DNA from: a virus
Taxonomy: Duplodnaviria; Caudoviricetes
Length of the DNA: 44,947 nucleotides
IMG/VR virus record: IMGVR_UViG_3300033407_000034
Location: 1 to 44,947 of that record
Direction: 5' to 3' (one strand)
The position numbers and the translations under genes are program-made. Positions 43,350 to 44,947 of this stretch are shown piece by piece. The notes below the pieces were generated by a model. The model ran no database searches. It saw only the letters and a program-made list of their open reading frames with translations, and was not told the DNA's origin. How positions within the stretch are numbered: the first letter of the stretch is position 1; every line of letters begins with the position of its first letter.

Positions 43350-43452
43350 GCCCTGCCAGGGAGGGATCAGGCTGTCGACTAAGATGCCGATTTGCGGCAG
43401 TGCTCAGATTCAACGTGCTGCACCCTCAGATACGAATCGGGTGTCGACGAAA

Positions 43453-43623
43453 CTACTCCTCCACGTCTCGCCCGAAGGCACAGATACAGATCGGGTAGTC
43501 GCGCCTCTTGCCGAGAAGCACCAGCACGGCGTACCGGATGCGGTCAAGGTAGCCCATACGCCGGCCTTCGCAGCTATAGCGAAACTCCATGAATACGGTC
43601 TCCGTATCTGAGGTTGTTGTCAT
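43453..43623 (-). CDS. Small hypothetical protein, last gene of the late operon
   Basis: MTTTSDTETVFMEFRYSCEGRRMGYLDRIRYAVLVLLGKRR... Confidence 0.5.
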   Translation of the reverse strand: MTTTSDTETVFMEFRYSCEGRRMGYLDRIRYAVLVLLGKRRDYPICICAFGRDVEE

Positions 43624-43853
43624 TCTACAGGCTCCTTCTCCAGCGTCGGCGCTCTCAAGCCCAGGTAAGCCAGAAGCGCACTCCCGAGCAGGTCGAGCTT
43701 GCCCAGCACCGTGCTCACGATGCTATAGGCCGCGTCACCCATCCCCAGGGCTTCGACGTCGGCGTCGATCTCGACCCAAGTCTCCGAGAGCAGGGCAAAG
43801 GCCACGGCAAAGGCAATCACGATGAATTTTAAGGTCGGTGTGAGAGTCATCAT
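43620..43853 (-). CDS. Two-TM holin-like protein
   Basis: Two hydrophobic helices; AAAGGAGG RBS. Confidence 0.65.
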   Translation of the reverse strand: MMTLTPTLKFIVIAFAVAFALLSETWVEIDADVEALGMGDAAYSIVSTVLGKLDLLGSALLAYLGLRAPTLEKEPVE

Positions 43854-44041
43854 TCCTCCTTTGGCAGCCAGGGCAGAACATTGTCAACCTGACCCGTAAT
43901 GCTGTCGCCATGAACCTCTAACGGCAGGCCAAAGGTTCGCCCTTCCTCATCACGGTAGATGACCTGAGCAAAGATGCTCGTGCGCCCATCTGGCCAGTCG
44001 GAGGTTGCATCCGTTCCGTACTCAATGATGTAGTCTTCCAT
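43850..44041 (-). CDS. Small acidic protein
   Basis: AAGGAG RBS; coupled. Confidence 0.6.
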   Translation of the reverse strand: MEDYIIEYGTDATSDWPDGRTSIFAQVIYRDEEGRTFGLPLEVHGDSITGQVDNVLPWLPKEE

Positions 44042-44266
44042 TTACTTCTTCTCCTTTGGCGGGCACTCGCCCCGAGTGTGGTCGTCCAGCGGCCGGTTGC
44101 ATTGCTGGCAGCGTCCCGTTATCTGTCGGCCGCCCTCATCGATAGAATTTACTTGCGAACACACGGGACACTTGACCATAGTCTCCGAGTCCTCTACCGG
44201 CTCTTCGTAGATCGTCCCGCAGGACGGACTCTTGCAGCGGACGTGAGCAACCTTCATGACAGGCAC
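44042..44266 (-). CDS. Double zinc-ribbon protein
   Basis: CKSPSC, CPVC, CQQC..H..C. Confidence 0.7.
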   Translation of the reverse strand: MPVMKVAHVRCKSPSCGTIYEEPVEDSETMVKCPVCSQVNSIDEGGRQITGRCQQCNRPLDDHTRGECPPKEKK

Positions 44267-44571
44267 TCCAGCGACTCCAGAAACGCCAGAGCCGCCAGAT
44301 ACTCCCGCTTCACCCGGTCATTGCCGGTGTAGGTCGGGCTTCGGAGGTTGCAACGGAAGTCTGCCGCTGAGCCCTCGAAGCAGGCAGGCTTGGGCTCGCC
44401 TGCTGGTGCGTACTTGTCGCCGGTCGTCAGCCGCTTGCCCTTGCGCCAGTAGATCAGGGCGTCCTGGCGGGAGCCGATGGGCTCGATCCAGATGATGTCC
44501 TCGTGCTTCGCCTCCGGCCAGATTGCCCGGATACGCCCTAGGCGCTGCTCTGATGTTTCCTTCCTATACAT
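44254..44571 (-). CDS. Hypothetical protein
   Basis: Protein-like ORF in operon orientation. Confidence 0.6.
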   Translation of the reverse strand: MYRKETSEQRLGRIRAIWPEAKHEDIIWIEPIGSRQDALIYWRKGKRLTTGDKYAPAGEPKPACFEGSAADFRCNLRSPTYTGNDRVKREYLAALAFLESLECLS

Positions 44572-44694
44572 CTCACCACCACCACATTTCCTCGCCCTTC
44601 AGGGGAGGCAGCAACATCACCCTGTTATGACGGTTCAGGTAGGCCCGCCAGCGCGAAGGGCGCATCACGTTGCCACAGAGAACGGGCGTGTTCA

Positions 44695-44947
44695 TCAGCG
44701 ACAGCCCAATCTCACATCGTTCCGTGAGTGCATCCACGACGTGCCGTCATCCTCAAGATTCAGATCAAAGCACCAGCCCGGCTCCGAGACGATAGGGAAG
44801 CTCAGGCAGCCCGCGCTTAGCGGCAGGTGGTTGCCGCTCCAGTAGACCTCCCCAGACGGCGCTACGGCCATCAGGGCGGCCCTGGTGGCGCCCGGTACGT
44901 TCGACTGGCAGTAGTAGACCTCCATGCGTCCATCGGCGAAGTAGGAC
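44695..44947 (-). CDS. C-terminal part of the junction-spanning metalloprotease-like protein
   Basis: Same frame as 1..855 across the overlap; ends NDVRLGCR*. Confidence 0.75.
   Translation of the reverse strand, partial: SYFADGRMEVYYCQSNVPGATRAALMAVAPSGEVYWSGNHLPLSAGCLSFPIVSEPGWCFDLNLEDDGTSWMHSRNDVRLGCR
44821..44947. repeat. Terminal direct repeat, copy 2 (circular overlap)
   Basis: Identical to 1-127; 127 bp is a common assembler k-mer length. Confidence 0.97.

Noticed and set aside
44821-44947. Biological terminal repeat of the virion DNA
   Set aside because: It is exactly 127 bp and falls mid-gene, typical of an assembler overlap on a circular contig.

Overview
This window is a complete, circularly closed tailed-phage genome of about 44.8 kb. 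Bases 44821-44947 repeat bases 1-127 exactly, and one gene runs across the join. Almost all genes lie on the minus strand. Read along that strand they are: an early block (Zn-ribbon microproteins, winged-helix proteins, a CsrA homologue, a PD-(D/E)xK exonuclease, VRR-NUC, an XRE HTH protein, a replication initiator-HNH fusion, Gp37/Gp68, an RlpA-like DPBB protein, HNH); a decayed IS1595-family element; TerS/TerL, portal, putative ejection proteins (one with a GH73 domain), a Com-like regulator, scaffold and capsid; fibre/tail genes; and a membrane-protein (lysis) block. I saw no tape measure, integrase, CI-like repressor, polymerase, helicase or tRNA, so a podovirus-like virion is inferred. 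High GC, leaderless promoters and several small protein families suggest a Chloroflexota (Dehalococcoidia-like) or actinobacterial host; this is inference. The most notable observations are: (1) a fibre locus with about 28 GSQPASTG repeats, in which one domain occurs intact in one protein and also split into complementary halves across two proteins; (2) a minimal ECF-sigma-like gene on a 444-bp cassette bounded by 33-bp direct repeats inside a gene; (3) a perfect chromosomal-type parS site with no par genes or integrase; (4) a secreted zinc metalloprotease where an endolysin is expected; (5) late promoters preceded by Zn-ribbon regulators and sharing a leader motif.
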